From: Hyphomicrobium sp. | GTDB lineage: Bacteria; Pseudomonadota; Alphaproteobacteria; Rhizobiales; Hyphomicrobiaceae | Direction: 5' to 3' | NCBI GenBank assembly: GCA_002928955.1 | Contig: PERT01000004.1 | Coordinates: 18,902-82,901 of the forward strand | DNA: 64,000 nucleotides | Shown: in pieces, positions 37,434 through 47,418 of the stretch | Layout of the letters: every line of letters begins with the position of its first letter | How positions within the stretch are numbered: the stretch's first letter is position 1 | The notes under the pieces: model-generated | What the model saw: only the letters and a program-made list of their open reading frames with translations | Database searches by the model: none | Told to the model about the DNA's origin: nothing | Translations under genes and position numbers: made by a program

Positions 37434-37689
37434 ACGGAACGTCGCCACATCTACGCCACGATTTAAACTCCCTCGACAGCCGATTCGCCATAGTGTGAAC
37501 TACTTGGGTGATTCGGATAGGCTGGGCGCCGAATCGCTCTGGGCACGATCTGCAGGCTGCGAGGTACGAGGGATGGCGTGGACAACGTCCGCCGGTCCGT
37601 GGGCAAATTCTGCGCACATGGGAGAGGCGCGCGCACTTGCGCAGCTTATTTATAAGTTGTTCAATTTACTAGATAATAACCGGAAATCG

Positions 37690-38727
37690 GTGGCAATCGG
37701 CGGTGCCTGTTCACACCTCGCACTGGTCACGACGGTGGTGCCGTCGTTGCCCCATCAAGGGTTGGCCGTCCTTCTGCTGACCAGCGCCATCCTGCTTGCT
37801 GCCGGCACTTGGCTGGCCATTGCGGCCTCTTCCGGGCGATCACATGATGCCTGTGGCGCCGTGGCTGCACCGCTTCCGTTCGCGGCCCTTGCCAGCCCGT
37901 TCAATGCCGCCACGACAACCGACATGAAACTGGCTCCGGAGCCTGTCGTTCACACGCCCCTTGAGCCCGACGAGAGGGAGAGTGCTTCGTCGGTCGCCGA
38001 ACACCACTCGCGCGACGTCACCAGTCACGCTCTTCGCCCACACCATTTGGCCCCTCGCCCAAACGTTCAGGGCAAGGACTGGGCCGACCTCATGTCCCGA
38101 GTGAGCCACGAGTTGCGCACGCCGCTCAACGCCGTCCTGGGCTTCTCTGATCTGATGGAACGCGGCCTGTTCGGTCCGCTCGGCCACCACCGCTATCAGG
38201 AATACGCCCGCCATATCCACGACAGCGGCCGCGAACTCCTCAAATCCGCCGAGGACACACTCGCGGTCACCTCGTTGCTCGCAGCACCCTGCCAGCGCAC
38301 GTCCACCGAAATCATTGACCTGGCCGAGCTGCTGGCCGACGCCTGGGCCTTCTTCGGCCGCACCCCTTCGAACCGCGGCATCACCCTCGAAATCGACTGT
38401 GCTATCGGCACGGAGATCACCTGTGACCGACGGACGATGCGGCAGGTGCTGATCAATCTGCTATCGGAAGCACTGAAGAGATCTGCGTGCGGCACAGTGA
38501 TCAGGAGCACGGCCGTGTGCTGCGGAAGCCGGGTAAACCTCGATGTGACCGTCGCGTCACTCACCGGTCACGGCAACCGCGAGCCGGGCAGTCTGCACGT
38601 CTGTCTTGCCCGCACGCTGCTGGAATTCCATGGACTGCATCTCCACGAGTTCGTTGGCGCCGACGATGCCTGGCGGGTCGCCACTCGCCTCGAACGCTCG
38701 GTTCAGGCCGACTTCTTTCATGCCTGA
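37690..38727 (+). CDS. membrane histidine-kinase-like protein with intact HisKA H-box but degenerate ATP-binding domain
   Basis: H-box MSRVSHELRTPLNAVLGFSDLME. The C-terminal region lacks clear N, G1 and G2 boxes. One TM segment (GLAVLLLTSAILLAAGTWLAIAA). The start is uncertain: ATG 37618 would force translation through an AT-rich island (37645-37680) full of codons rare for this DNA, so GTG 37690 is used. Confidence 0.55.
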   Translation: MAIGGACSHLALVTTVVPSLPHQGLAVLLLTSAILLAAGTWLAIAASSGRSHDACGAVAAPLPFAALASPFNAATTTDMKLAPEPVVHTPLEPDERESASSVAEHHSRDVTSHALRPHHLAPRPNVQGKDWADLMSRVSHELRTPLNAVLGFSDLMERGLFGPLGHHRYQEYARHIHDSGRELLKSAEDTLAVTSLLAAPCQRTSTEIIDLAELLADAWAFFGRTPSNRGITLEIDCAIGTEITCDRRTMRQVLINLLSEALKRSACGTVIRSTAVCCGSRVNLDVTVASLTGHGNREPGSLHVCLARTLLEFHGLHLHEFVGADDAWRVATRLERSVQADFFHA

Positions 38728-38744
38728 CCACGCGCGCCGCGCAG

Positions 38745-41702
38745 TCATCTGATCAAAACCGGAACCAGCGCCTCGACCCGTTCGAGGGTGGCGGCGAGGT
38801 GGCGTTCGAGCGCGGCGAAGTCAGGCGCGTCGCCCGCTCGAGCCAGCATCGCCTTGAGACCGGGTGGCGCGGTTGCGGGGTCGAACGGCTCATCCAGGCA
38901 GAGCCTGAGGATCTGGGTGAGATCATGAATAAGGCGCGCGGCCGAGGCCAGCACGGCAAGGTGCCCGGGCGCCAGAACGCCGACGGCGACCAACTTCTCG
39001 AATGCCGCCAGCGTGTTCTGATCGAGCACGGCCGGGTGTTTACTGGCATGGATCAGCTGGAGATACTGGGCGATGAACTCGAGGTCCACCAAGCCCCCGC
39101 GCACCTGCTTCAATTCCCAGATGTTCTCCGTCGACTTCTCAGCCGCGATCCTGGCGCGCATGTCGAGCACGTCCGCCGCCGTCTTGGCACGGTCGCGGGG
39201 CAGCAGCAGCGCTTGGCGGATAGCGCCCTCGACGACCAGTTTGAACTCGGGAGAGCCGGTGAGAACGCGGGCTCGGGTGAGTGCCAGATGCTCCCAAGTC
39301 CAGGCATCCTTGACCTGGTAGTCGACGAAGCTTGCAAGCTGGGTCGCCAGTGGGCCCTTTTGACCAGACGGCCTGAGCCGCATATCGACCTCATAAAGGG
39401 TTCCTTCCGCGGTCGGGGCGGAAAGCGCCGAGATCAGCCGCTGGGTAAGGCGGGTGTAGTATTGGCTTGGGGCAAGCGGCTTCAGTCCGACGGACATCGC
39501 CGCGTTCGCCTCGCAATCGTAGATCACGATCAGGTCCACGTCCGACGACGCCGTCATTTCGCGGCCGCCGAGCTTGCCCATCGCGACCACTGCAGCGGCC
39601 CCCCCCGGCACCGGCCCATGCGACTGTCGCAGCTGCTGCTCGACGGTGTCCTGGAGCCGGCTGATTTGCCGCTCCGCCAGCAGCGCGTAGGCGTGGCCGG
39701 CCTGATTGGCGTTGATTGAGCCCGACAACACGCGAATGCCGATCAGGAAAGCCTGTTCGCTGCCGACCACGCGCGCGCGGTCGAACGCCTCCTGGACATC
39801 GGTAGCACCCGAGATCTCCCGCGCAAGTACGTCGTCGATGTCGGCTGCCGTCGGAAGCGTGCCGAGGGTCCTGGGATCGATCACGGCGTCCAACAGCCGC
39901 CGCCGTCGTGACAAGATTCCTGCCAAGCGCGGTGCGGTACCCATGATGTCGGCCAGGAGACGGAGAAGCTTCGGGTTGGCGCGCAGCAGCGAGAACAGCT
40001 GGACGCCAGCGGGAAGCTCCGCGAGAAAGCGGTCGAAGGCAACCAATGCGCGGTCTGGATCCGCTGTCTCGGAGAGCGCCTGAATCAGCAGCGGCTGCAC
40101 GTCCGTCAGACGCTCGCGTGCGCGTTGGCTTCGCACTGCGCGACTGCGGCCGTGGTGCCACCCCCTGACGATTGCCAACAGCTGCGACGGATTGGAAAAA
40201 CCCATGCGCGTCAGGGCCGCGACTGTCGCCGGGTCATCCTCTTCACCGGCAAACATCATGTTCCGGTTGTCGGTTGTCAGTTCCGGCATGTTCTCGAACA
40301 GTGCCGCATAGTGCCGCTGCACGGTTTCAAGTACCGGAACCAGGGCGCGCGCAAAACACTCGGCATCGGGGTAGCCGGCAAACTTGGCGAAACCGTCGAG
40401 CCCGTCGTCGCTCTCCGGAAGTTCATGGGACTGCTCGTCGGCCACCATCTGAATGCGGTGCTCGATCCGGCGGAGGTAGCGATAGGCATCTGATAGCTCG
40501 GTCGCGACGCGACGCTCTATCCACCCCTTCGCCGCGAGCCCATCGAGCGCTTCGAGCGTAACGCGGTTGCGCAGCTGCGGCTGACGGCCACCGGCGATCA
40601 ACTGCTGGGTCTGCGCGAAAAACTCGATTTCACGAATACCCCCGAGGCCGAGCTTGACGTTGTGTCCCTTGACCGCGATGTCACCGAAGCCGCGGAACGT
40701 GTTGATCTGCCGTTTCATGGCGTGCACATCGGCGATGGCTGCAAAATCGAGATATTTGCGCCACACGAAAGGCGATAGTTCGCAGAGGAATTGCTCGCCC
40801 GCTTGAATATCGCCCGCCACTGCCCGCGCCTTCAGCAACGCCGCGCGTTCCCAGTTCTGGCCGAACGATTCGTAGTAGTGTAGCGCTGACGCTGTCGACA
40901 TCGCGATTTGCGTCGCACCCGCATCGGGCCTCAGCCTGAGGTCGGTACGGAACACGTAGCCCTGCGCGGTGCGTTCATCCATCAAGCGCACCACGTCCCG
41001 AGTGAGGCGCACGAAAAACGGCTGGGGCTCGAGGCCTGCCTTCAACCGCGCCCGCTCGTGGTCGTAGAAGATGATGAGATCAATATCGCTCGAATAGTTG
41101 AGTTCGCCGGCTCCGTATTTACCCATGCCGAGAACGATGTAGCCGGATCCTCTTTCGGGTTCGGCGGGGACTGTCGGATCAGGTGCCAGCCAATCTCCCT
41201 TGGCAACCGCCTGTCGGAACAAGAACCGTATCCCGCCTTGCAGCGTGGCATCCGCGGTCTCGGTCAGAACCCGCGTCACTGTCGTCACGGGCCAGACCCC
41301 ACCGAGGTCGGCGAGCGCGGTCAATAAAGCAACTTGGCTCTTGAACTCGCGCACCAACTGCATCGCCTGGGGCAAAGCCGTCGCATGTGCCAGGGAGTCG
41401 CCAAGTCCGGTTCGCCACGTCTCGAACAACTGCTCGGGCTCGGCCTCCAGAATGCGCAGCAGACGACCGGTATCGCGAAGCATCAGCCCCTTGAGATAGG
41501 GTGAGGCGCCACATGTCCCGGCAATGAGCGCCGCAACATTCGGGTTGCGCAGGTACCGCTCGAGCGTTGCCCGGCGAGGATCTTCTTGGGCGCGTTCCAG
41601 CACGTCGCCAATCGGCTCCGCCGCATCACCGCCCTCTGCACGGATTGGGAACTCCACGATTTGGCCGGCGAGCGAGCGGGGATCGAGATCGGAGGCGTTC
41701 AT
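38745..41702 (-). CDS. glnE: bifunctional glutamine synthetase adenylyltransferase/adenylyl-removing enzyme GlnE
   Basis: 985 aa with two nucleotidyltransferase halves (GMGKYGAGELNYSSDIDLIIFY and AMGKLGGREMTASSDVDLIVIY). Confidence 0.93.
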   Translation of the reverse strand: MNASDLDPRSLAGQIVEFPIRAEGGDAAEPIGDVLERAQEDPRRATLERYLRNPNVAALIAGTCGASPYLKGLMLRDTGRLLRILEAEPEQLFETWRTGLGDSLAHATALPQAMQLVREFKSQVALLTALADLGGVWPVTTVTRVLTETADATLQGGIRFLFRQAVAKGDWLAPDPTVPAEPERGSGYIVLGMGKYGAGELNYSSDIDLIIFYDHERARLKAGLEPQPFFVRLTRDVVRLMDERTAQGYVFRTDLRLRPDAGATQIAMSTASALHYYESFGQNWERAALLKARAVAGDIQAGEQFLCELSPFVWRKYLDFAAIADVHAMKRQINTFRGFGDIAVKGHNVKLGLGGIREIEFFAQTQQLIAGGRQPQLRNRVTLEALDGLAAKGWIERRVATELSDAYRYLRRIEHRIQMVADEQSHELPESDDGLDGFAKFAGYPDAECFARALVPVLETVQRHYAALFENMPELTTDNRNMMFAGEEDDPATVAALTRMGFSNPSQLLAIVRGWHHGRSRAVRSQRARERLTDVQPLLIQALSETADPDRALVAFDRFLAELPAGVQLFSLLRANPKLLRLLADIMGTAPRLAGILSRRRRLLDAVIDPRTLGTLPTAADIDDVLAREISGATDVQEAFDRARVVGSEQAFLIGIRVLSGSINANQAGHAYALLAERQISRLQDTVEQQLRQSHGPVPGGAAAVVAMGKLGGREMTASSDVDLIVIYDCEANAAMSVGLKPLAPSQYYTRLTQRLISALSAPTAEGTLYEVDMRLRPSGQKGPLATQLASFVDYQVKDAWTWEHLALTRARVLTGSPEFKLVVEGAIRQALLLPRDRAKTAADVLDMRARIAAEKSTENIWELKQVRGGLVDLEFIAQYLQLIHASKHPAVLDQNTLAAFEKLVAVGVLAPGHLAVLASAARLIHDLTQILRLCLDEPFDPATAPPGLKAMLARAGDAPDFAALERHLAATLERVEALVPVLIR

Positions 41703-41752
41703 CGGAGAGCTCCACCTGTACCAGCGGCCGTCCCCACCTCGCGGGAGCCACC

Positions 41753-43192
41753 CTATTCCGAATAGAGTCGCTTCGGCAGCGAAACAACCACTTTGAGGCC
41801 GGGCCCATTGTCTTCAAGCCGCACGGTGCCGCCGTGCAGGCGCGCGACGGCTGTGACGAGGCTCAACCCTAGTCCCGTGCCGGGCTTGGTGCGGCTTCGC
41901 TCGAGCCGCACAAAGCGCTTTACCGCCCGCTCGCGATCTTCCGGCGCAATCCCTGGTCCCTGGTCGGATACGGAAATATCAAGTCCGTCCGGCCCGGTCA
42001 CGACTTGAACACCGATCACTCCGCCGTTTCGCACGCCATACTTGATCGCATTGTCGATCAGATTGGCAACAGCCTGTCCGATCAATTGCCGGTTCGCCTT
42101 GATCTGCGGGCCGCCGGTGGCATCGATGCGAAGCGACAATCCGGCTTCCTCGGTCACCGGTTCATAAAGTTCGGCCACGTCGCGAACCAGGGCGCCCGAG
42201 TCGAAGACTTCCATGTTCTCCTCGACCGCGCCGGCTTCCAGGCGCGCAATCAGCAACAACGCGTTGAACGTCTTGATGAGCTCGTCGGCCTCTTCGATAA
42301 CGCGCTCAAGACCCTGCCGGTAACCGCCGGCCCCGCCGTTCTCCCGCAGTGCCGCTTCGGCACGATTGCGCAGCCGGTTCAGCGGCGTCTTGAGATCGTG
42401 GGCGATGTTGTCGGAAACCTCGCGCAGTCCCCCCATCAATTGCTCGATGCGGTCCAGCATGCGGTTGAGGTTCTGCGCTAGCCCATCGATCTCGTCGCCG
42501 TTGCCGCCGGTCGTAATGCGGCGCGCGAGATCGCCGGCCATGATCGAGCGTGCAGCCGAGTTGATATCCTCGATCCGCCGTACGACGAGGCGGCTGACCA
42601 TGAACCCGCCCACCAGCCCCGCAACCGCAAGCCCGCCGAAACCCACCAGGAAGATCCGCCGCACCTTGTCAGCGAATGCACGCTGGTCCTCGACGTCCCG
42701 GCCAACTATGAGGCGCCTGTCAGGACCGACTGGAACCGGGATCGCCACGGCCAAACGGGTACCCGCGTCGACGCCCTGTTGCGCATCAACACGGGGCGGC
42801 GCCACGTAACGAAAAACGCCACCTCGCGGATCGGCGCCGACTTCGGTCGGCACGTTCACGAGATTTCCGGCCAATCGCACGCCTCGACCATCGGCGAGAA
42901 AATAGAGCTGCACGCCGCGCGGCTCACTTCTCTCGGCGATTGCCCGATCGATCGTCCGCGTGCCGCCGTCTCGGGCCAGCGCCGTCAAGGCCTCGGCTTC
43001 CCGGCGCAAGCCGGTCATCACCTGCTCCGTCAGCAATACATTGGTCTGGGCGTATATCATCCAAACGATCGCGGCAGCCGCAATCACGAACAGCGCAATG
43101 ATCCCCGACGCCAGCTGGAAGGTTGTGGTGCCTAGAAGCTGGCCTATTCGCTGACCCCGCGGCCGGGTCAGCGGACTACTCGGCGCCGACAC
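41753..43192 (-). CDS. sensor histidine kinase (two TM, HAMP, HisKA, HATPase_c)
   Basis: H-box SDNIAHDLKTPLNRL, N-box NLIDNAIKY, G-boxes DQGPGI and GTGLGLS. It overlaps the upstream response regulator gene by 17 nt. Confidence 0.88.
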   Translation of the reverse strand: MSAPSSPLTRPRGQRIGQLLGTTTFQLASGIIALFVIAAAAIVWMIYAQTNVLLTEQVMTGLRREAEALTALARDGGTRTIDRAIAERSEPRGVQLYFLADGRGVRLAGNLVNVPTEVGADPRGGVFRYVAPPRVDAQQGVDAGTRLAVAIPVPVGPDRRLIVGRDVEDQRAFADKVRRIFLVGFGGLAVAGLVGGFMVSRLVVRRIEDINSAARSIMAGDLARRITTGGNGDEIDGLAQNLNRMLDRIEQLMGGLREVSDNIAHDLKTPLNRLRNRAEAALRENGGAGGYRQGLERVIEEADELIKTFNALLLIARLEAGAVEENMEVFDSGALVRDVAELYEPVTEEAGLSLRIDATGGPQIKANRQLIGQAVANLIDNAIKYGVRNGGVIGVQVVTGPDGLDISVSDQGPGIAPEDRERAVKRFVRLERSRTKPGTGLGLSLVTAVARLHGGTVRLEDNGPGLKVVVSLPKRLYSE

Positions 43193-43856
43193 GGATCATG
43201 TACCCAGCGCCGCGGACGGTGTGCAGCAAAGGTGCGCTGAAACCCTTGTCGATTTTTCCTCGGAGGCGCGAGACATGAACATCGATCACGTTGGTTTGCG
43301 GATCGAAATGATAGTCCCAAACGTTCTCGAGCAGCATGGTTCGGGTGACCACCTGACCGGCATGCTTCATGAGATACTCGAGCAACCGGTATTCGCGCGG
43401 CTGCAGTGTGATCGGCTCCCCTCCGCGCGTGACGCGATGAGCGAGACGATCCAGCACCAGATCGCCGACCGTGTAGCGGGTCTCCTGCTCTTCTGGCGCC
43501 GACCGGCGCGCCAATGCCTCGATCCGGGCGAGAAGCTCGGTGTAGGCATAAGGCTTGGTCAGATAATCGTCACCCCCGGCGCGCAGGCCCTTCACGCGGT
43601 CGTCGACCTCGCCCAACGCCGACAGGATCAGCACGGGGGTCCGATGGCCGATGGTTCTGAGCGACTTGACGACGGCCAAGCCGTCGAGCTTCGGCAGCAT
43701 CCGATCGACGATCAGGATGTCGTAGCCACCACTTTCGGCCATCGCCAGACCGGCTTCACCGTCTTCGGCAAGATCGGCCGCGTGACCGTTCTCCTTCAGC
43801 GCCTTCTGGAGGAAGTGCGCGGTTTCCCGGTCGTCCTCGATGAGCAGCACACGCAT
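43176..43856 (-). CDS. OmpR/PhoB-family response regulator
   Basis: The receiver domain starts MRVLLIEDD and has a phospho-acceptor D in ILIVDRMLPKLDG. Winged-helix C-terminus (...TVRGAGYMI). The alternative GTG start is at 43868. Confidence 0.88.
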   Translation of the reverse strand: MRVLLIEDDRETAHFLQKALKENGHAADLAEDGEAGLAMAESGGYDILIVDRMLPKLDGLAVVKSLRTIGHRTPVLILSALGEVDDRVKGLRAGGDDYLTKPYAYTELLARIEALARRSAPEEQETRYTVGDLVLDRLAHRVTRGGEPITLQPREYRLLEYLMKHAGQVVTRTMLLENVWDYHFDPQTNVIDVHVSRLRGKIDKGFSAPLLHTVRGAGYMIRVGAE

Positions 43857-43956
43857 GGCCGGTTTCACGACCTCCCGATTACCTGGGGCGAGATACGGAG
43901 AGGCGGCCCACCCTGTTGGAGCAGACCGCCTGACCTTGAAATCTTGAAAAGCAGGT

Positions 43957-45549
43957 TTAGCCCTTCTTCAATTGAACCGCTACAAAGCGCTTGTTGTCCG
44001 CCGACTTGACGTGCAGCAACACTGCCTTCCGGCCAAGCTCAGCGGCTTTCTTCACGCCGCTCAGGGCTTCCTCAGGGGTGGCGACCGGCTGGCCCTGGAC
44101 CTCAAGGATGATATCACCCGACTTCAAACCCTTCTGCGCCGCATCGGAACCCGGCTCGACTTCCGCGATGACGACACCCTCCTTGCCACCACCCTGCCGG
44201 GCCGGCAGCAAGGTCAGACCGAGCTGTGTGAGCGAGGTCTGGCCGACCGGCGCAGGCTTCGACTGCTCGACCTTGGCGAGTTCTTCCTTCGATGTCGGGA
44301 ACGTTCCGAGCTTCACTTTCACGGTCTGCTCGCTGTTGTTGCGCCAGACCTTGACATCGACGGTCGTGTTCGGCGCAAACTCCGCGATCTTACGCGCGAG
44401 GTCGCGGCTGTCGGCGATCTTCTCTCCGTTGACCTGCAGGATGGCGTCCTGGGTCTTGAGACCACCGGCCACCGCCGGACCACCTGCCGTCACCTCGGTC
44501 ACGAATGCGCCCCGCGGATCAGCCAACCCGATGGATGCCGCCGTGTCCTCGTCGACGTTCTGGATCTTGACGCCGAGCCAGCCGCGGCTGACGGCGCCCG
44601 TCGCCTTGAGCTGCATGATCACATCGTTGGCCGTCTTGGCAGGTACTGCGAACGCGATGCCAACATTGCCGCCCGACGGGCTGTAAATGGCCGTGTTCAC
44701 GCCGATCACTTCACCATCAAGATTGAATGTCGGGCCGCCCGAATTGCCGCGGTTCACGGCCGCGTCGATCTGAATGAAGTCATAGGGACCAGAGCCGATG
44801 TCACGGCCCATCGCTGAGAGAATGCCCGCGGTGACCGTGCCGCCAAGACCAAACGGATTGCCGACCGCGATGACCCAATCGCCGACGCGCGCCGGCTTGT
44901 CGGCGAACTTCAGGAATGGGAACGTTTTATTGCCCTTGATCTTCAACAACGCGAGGTCGGTGCGCGGGTCGGTGCCCACCAGATCCGCGTCATGCTTGTT
45001 CTGCTCATCGAAGCTGACCTGGATCTTCCCCGCGCCCTCGATGACGTGGTTGTTGGTGACGACGAACCCGTCGGCCGAAATGACGAAGCCAGAACCCTGG
45101 CCCTGCACCGGCTTTTGCGCACCCGGCTGTCCCGGCGTACCGGGCTGGCCACGGAACTCCTTCGGCAAGTTCTTGAAAAACTCGTTCAGCGGATGGTCTT
45201 CGGGCAAGTCGGGCAAGCCACCTGGCGCGCCACCCGGAGGACCGCCCCGCTCACCCTTCTGGTTCTTGGCGACCTTCTGCTCGCCGGTAACGGAAATACT
45301 GACGACCGCCGGCTTGACCCTCTCGACGATGTCGGCGAACGACAGTGGTGCGCGGGCGGTGGCGTCGGGCTTGAACTGAGCAAAGACCGGGTTGATCGAA
45401 ACCGGGACCGACAGCGCGAGCACGCCAGCGCCAAGCAGCGCGACGGCCCGTGCTCTGGGGCTGCGGACCGCGGCTGCGACATTCCCCGGCGCGAGGTGGG
45501 CCACTGGCCCGGAAATTGCTGGTCGCGACGAGGAAGGCTTTCCAATCAT
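43957..45549 (-). CDS. degP: periplasmic serine endoprotease DegP/HtrA (Do family, two PDZ domains)
   Basis: Catalytic motifs VVTNNHV, DLALLK, GNSGGP; signal-like N-terminus; two PDZ-like C-terminal modules. Confidence 0.9.
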   Translation of the reverse strand: MIGKPSSSRPAISGPVAHLAPGNVAAAVRSPRARAVALLGAGVLALSVPVSINPVFAQFKPDATARAPLSFADIVERVKPAVVSISVTGEQKVAKNQKGERGGPPGGAPGGLPDLPEDHPLNEFFKNLPKEFRGQPGTPGQPGAQKPVQGQGSGFVISADGFVVTNNHVIEGAGKIQVSFDEQNKHDADLVGTDPRTDLALLKIKGNKTFPFLKFADKPARVGDWVIAVGNPFGLGGTVTAGILSAMGRDIGSGPYDFIQIDAAVNRGNSGGPTFNLDGEVIGVNTAIYSPSGGNVGIAFAVPAKTANDVIMQLKATGAVSRGWLGVKIQNVDEDTAASIGLADPRGAFVTEVTAGGPAVAGGLKTQDAILQVNGEKIADSRDLARKIAEFAPNTTVDVKVWRNNSEQTVKVKLGTFPTSKEELAKVEQSKPAPVGQTSLTQLGLTLLPARQGGGKEGVVIAEVEPGSDAAQKGLKSGDIILEVQGQPVATPEEALSGVKKAAELGRKAVLLHVKSADNKRFVAVQLKKG

Positions 45550-45646
45550 GGGGAGTCTCCGTTTTGCAAGGCATGCAGCGCCTGTTGTCGCGACAGGTAT
45601 CGAAGTCGCCCTTACGGCAGCATTTCGGCGGCCTTAACAGTTGGTA

Positions 45647-46900
45647 ATGTTTGGCTCTGGAGGAAAGACCTTCGGCCAGGGAATGGGTCGGGTGCACGTG
45701 TTGAGAGTTGGTCGCACAGCGGGGCTCGCCGGGGTTTTGTTCGCCGCAGCCATCGCGGTGCTTGGGTTCCAAACCGCCCCCGGCATGGCCAAGCCCTTCC
45801 TGCCACCGTTCAAGCCACCTGCGAGCGAACGACTTGTAAGTTCCATCGCGGTGTTCGGTACAGATGACCGCGCCAGAATGCCCGCGGAAGGTACCACGCT
45901 CGCCGACCAGATTGGCGTTCTCGTCGACCTTGAGCGCAAGACCGTCTGCACCGCATTCTGCGTCGGCCACGCCACCGTGATGACCGCCGGGCATTGCCTC
46001 TATCCGCCCGGTTCACGCGAGCCCGCGAGGCTCAAGGATATCCGCTTCCGCAGGGATCTGATGACGACCCGCAACGATGCCCGGATTGCAGGTGCTTCGA
46101 ACGGGGCTGGCGCTCAGCACGTTTCAGCCGGGACCACGCGGCTCAGCCTCCGCCCGCCGATCGATGCCGTCAAGGACTGGGCCATCGCGCGCCTCGATCG
46201 CGACGTGTGTCCAATGGGCGGTCTCACGTTGAGCCGGCGCACCAATGAAGAGATCATCGAACTGGCCCGCGAGCGGCGCGTCTATCAGATCGCCTTCCAT
46301 CGTGATTTCCAGTATTTCTCCCGCGCGATTGCTCGGTCCTGCGAAGTGGGACGGTCGTTCAAGGATGTCGGTTGGGAGACGATTTCGCAGGATTTCCAGG
46401 AGCCCCAGAGCCTCATCCTCCACACCTGCGACACCGGCGGATCCTCGTCCGGCTCGCCACTCCTGATCGACGGTGCCGACGGCCCGGAAGTCGTCGGTCT
46501 CAACGTCGGCACCTATCTCCAGTCAAACGCCACCGCACCCCTTGGCGGCGGTGCAGGCCGAACCGTCCAGGCGGCCGCGACGACGCGAGACATCGCCAAC
46601 ACCGCCATCGCAGCACACACGATCGCCAACATTGCCATTGAATTCAACCGCGCCGAGATCCTGTCCGATCCGAAACAGGTCCGCGACGTGGCAGCCTGGC
46701 TCAACGAGCAGCGCCTCTACAACGGTCGGCGCGACGGACGATATGGTCCTGCACTCAAGAGCGCGATCGAAGCCTACGAGGTGCGCCAGGGACTTGCAGT
46801 CACCGGGTTTTTGACGAAGTCGCTTTGGCAGCGCCTCGACCAGCAACGCCATCGATCGAGACCGCCGCGGATCCGCGATTCTGCAATCAGCGCCCGCTAA
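45647..46900 (+). CDS. secreted trypsin-like serine protease with C-terminal peptidoglycan-binding (PG_binding_1-like) domain
   Basis: His motif VMTAGHC, Ser motif CDTGGSSSGSPLL, N-terminal signal-like hydrophobic stretch, and a C-terminal ...DGRYGPALKSAIEAYEVRQGLAVTGFLT motif. The start is uncertain (45641/45647/45683). Confidence 0.7.
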   Translation: MFGSGGKTFGQGMGRVHVLRVGRTAGLAGVLFAAAIAVLGFQTAPGMAKPFLPPFKPPASERLVSSIAVFGTDDRARMPAEGTTLADQIGVLVDLERKTVCTAFCVGHATVMTAGHCLYPPGSREPARLKDIRFRRDLMTTRNDARIAGASNGAGAQHVSAGTTRLSLRPPIDAVKDWAIARLDRDVCPMGGLTLSRRTNEEIIELARERRVYQIAFHRDFQYFSRAIARSCEVGRSFKDVGWETISQDFQEPQSLILHTCDTGGSSSGSPLLIDGADGPEVVGLNVGTYLQSNATAPLGGGAGRTVQAAATTRDIANTAIAAHTIANIAIEFNRAEILSDPKQVRDVAAWLNEQRLYNGRRDGRYGPALKSAIEAYEVRQGLAVTGFLTKSLWQRLDQQRHRSRPPRIRDSAISAR

Positions 46901-47415
46901 CTCCGGCGGCGGCCCGATACGTCGACCGCATCGGCGCCGAGGATCTGTTGGAGCTTCTTCTCCTCTGCCTCGGAGAGCGCAGGGACGTCGCTGCTTGATG
47001 CCGCCGAGCGCCCCGCACGCGGCACCGCGCGCCACATCAGACCACCGACGAGCAGCAACAGAAGCGGTGCAGAAATCCACAAAATCCAGGTCTTCCAGTT
47101 GAGCGGTGGCCGCAACAGCACGAAATCGCCGTAGCGCGCCACAACGAACGTCATGACGTCGGCGTCCGTGTCCCCCGCCTTGAGCCGTTCGCGAACGAGC
47201 AGTCTGAGGTCGCGGGCCAGCGGCGCATTGCTGTCATCGATCGACTGATTCTGGCAGACGAGACATCTGAGATCGACCGACAGCGCCCGCGCGCGGGATT
47301 CGAGCCTGGCGTCGGCCAGGATTTCGTCCGGCTCGACTGCCAGCGCCTGCGCCGCGAAGGCGAGGCCCGCCAACGCGGCCAAGCCACCCCGGACCATTCT
47401 TTTCGATTGACCCAT
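46897..47415 (-). CDS. ccmH: cytochrome c-type biogenesis protein CcmH (CycL)
   Basis: LRCLVCQNQSIDDSNAPLARDLR is the CcmH signature with its CxxC. It follows ccmF directly. Confidence 0.9.
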   Translation of the reverse strand: MGQSKRMVRGGLAALAGLAFAAQALAVEPDEILADARLESRARALSVDLRCLVCQNQSIDDSNAPLARDLRLLVRERLKAGDTDADVMTFVVARYGDFVLLRPPLNWKTWILWISAPLLLLLVGGLMWRAVPRAGRSAASSSDVPALSEAEEKKLQQILGADAVDVSGRRRS

Positions 47416-47418
47416 AGG

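Noticed and set aside
38487-39719. 410-aa plus-strand ORF inside glnE, together with similar large shadow ORFs at 19706-20884, 10216-11202, 15548-16507, 21703-22665, 24786-25766, 28141-28956, 29991-30935, 43221-44817, 44992-45867 and 53744-54634
   Set aside because: All lie opposite or out of frame to genes with strong family signatures, and none shows any motif of its own. They are high-GC artefacts.
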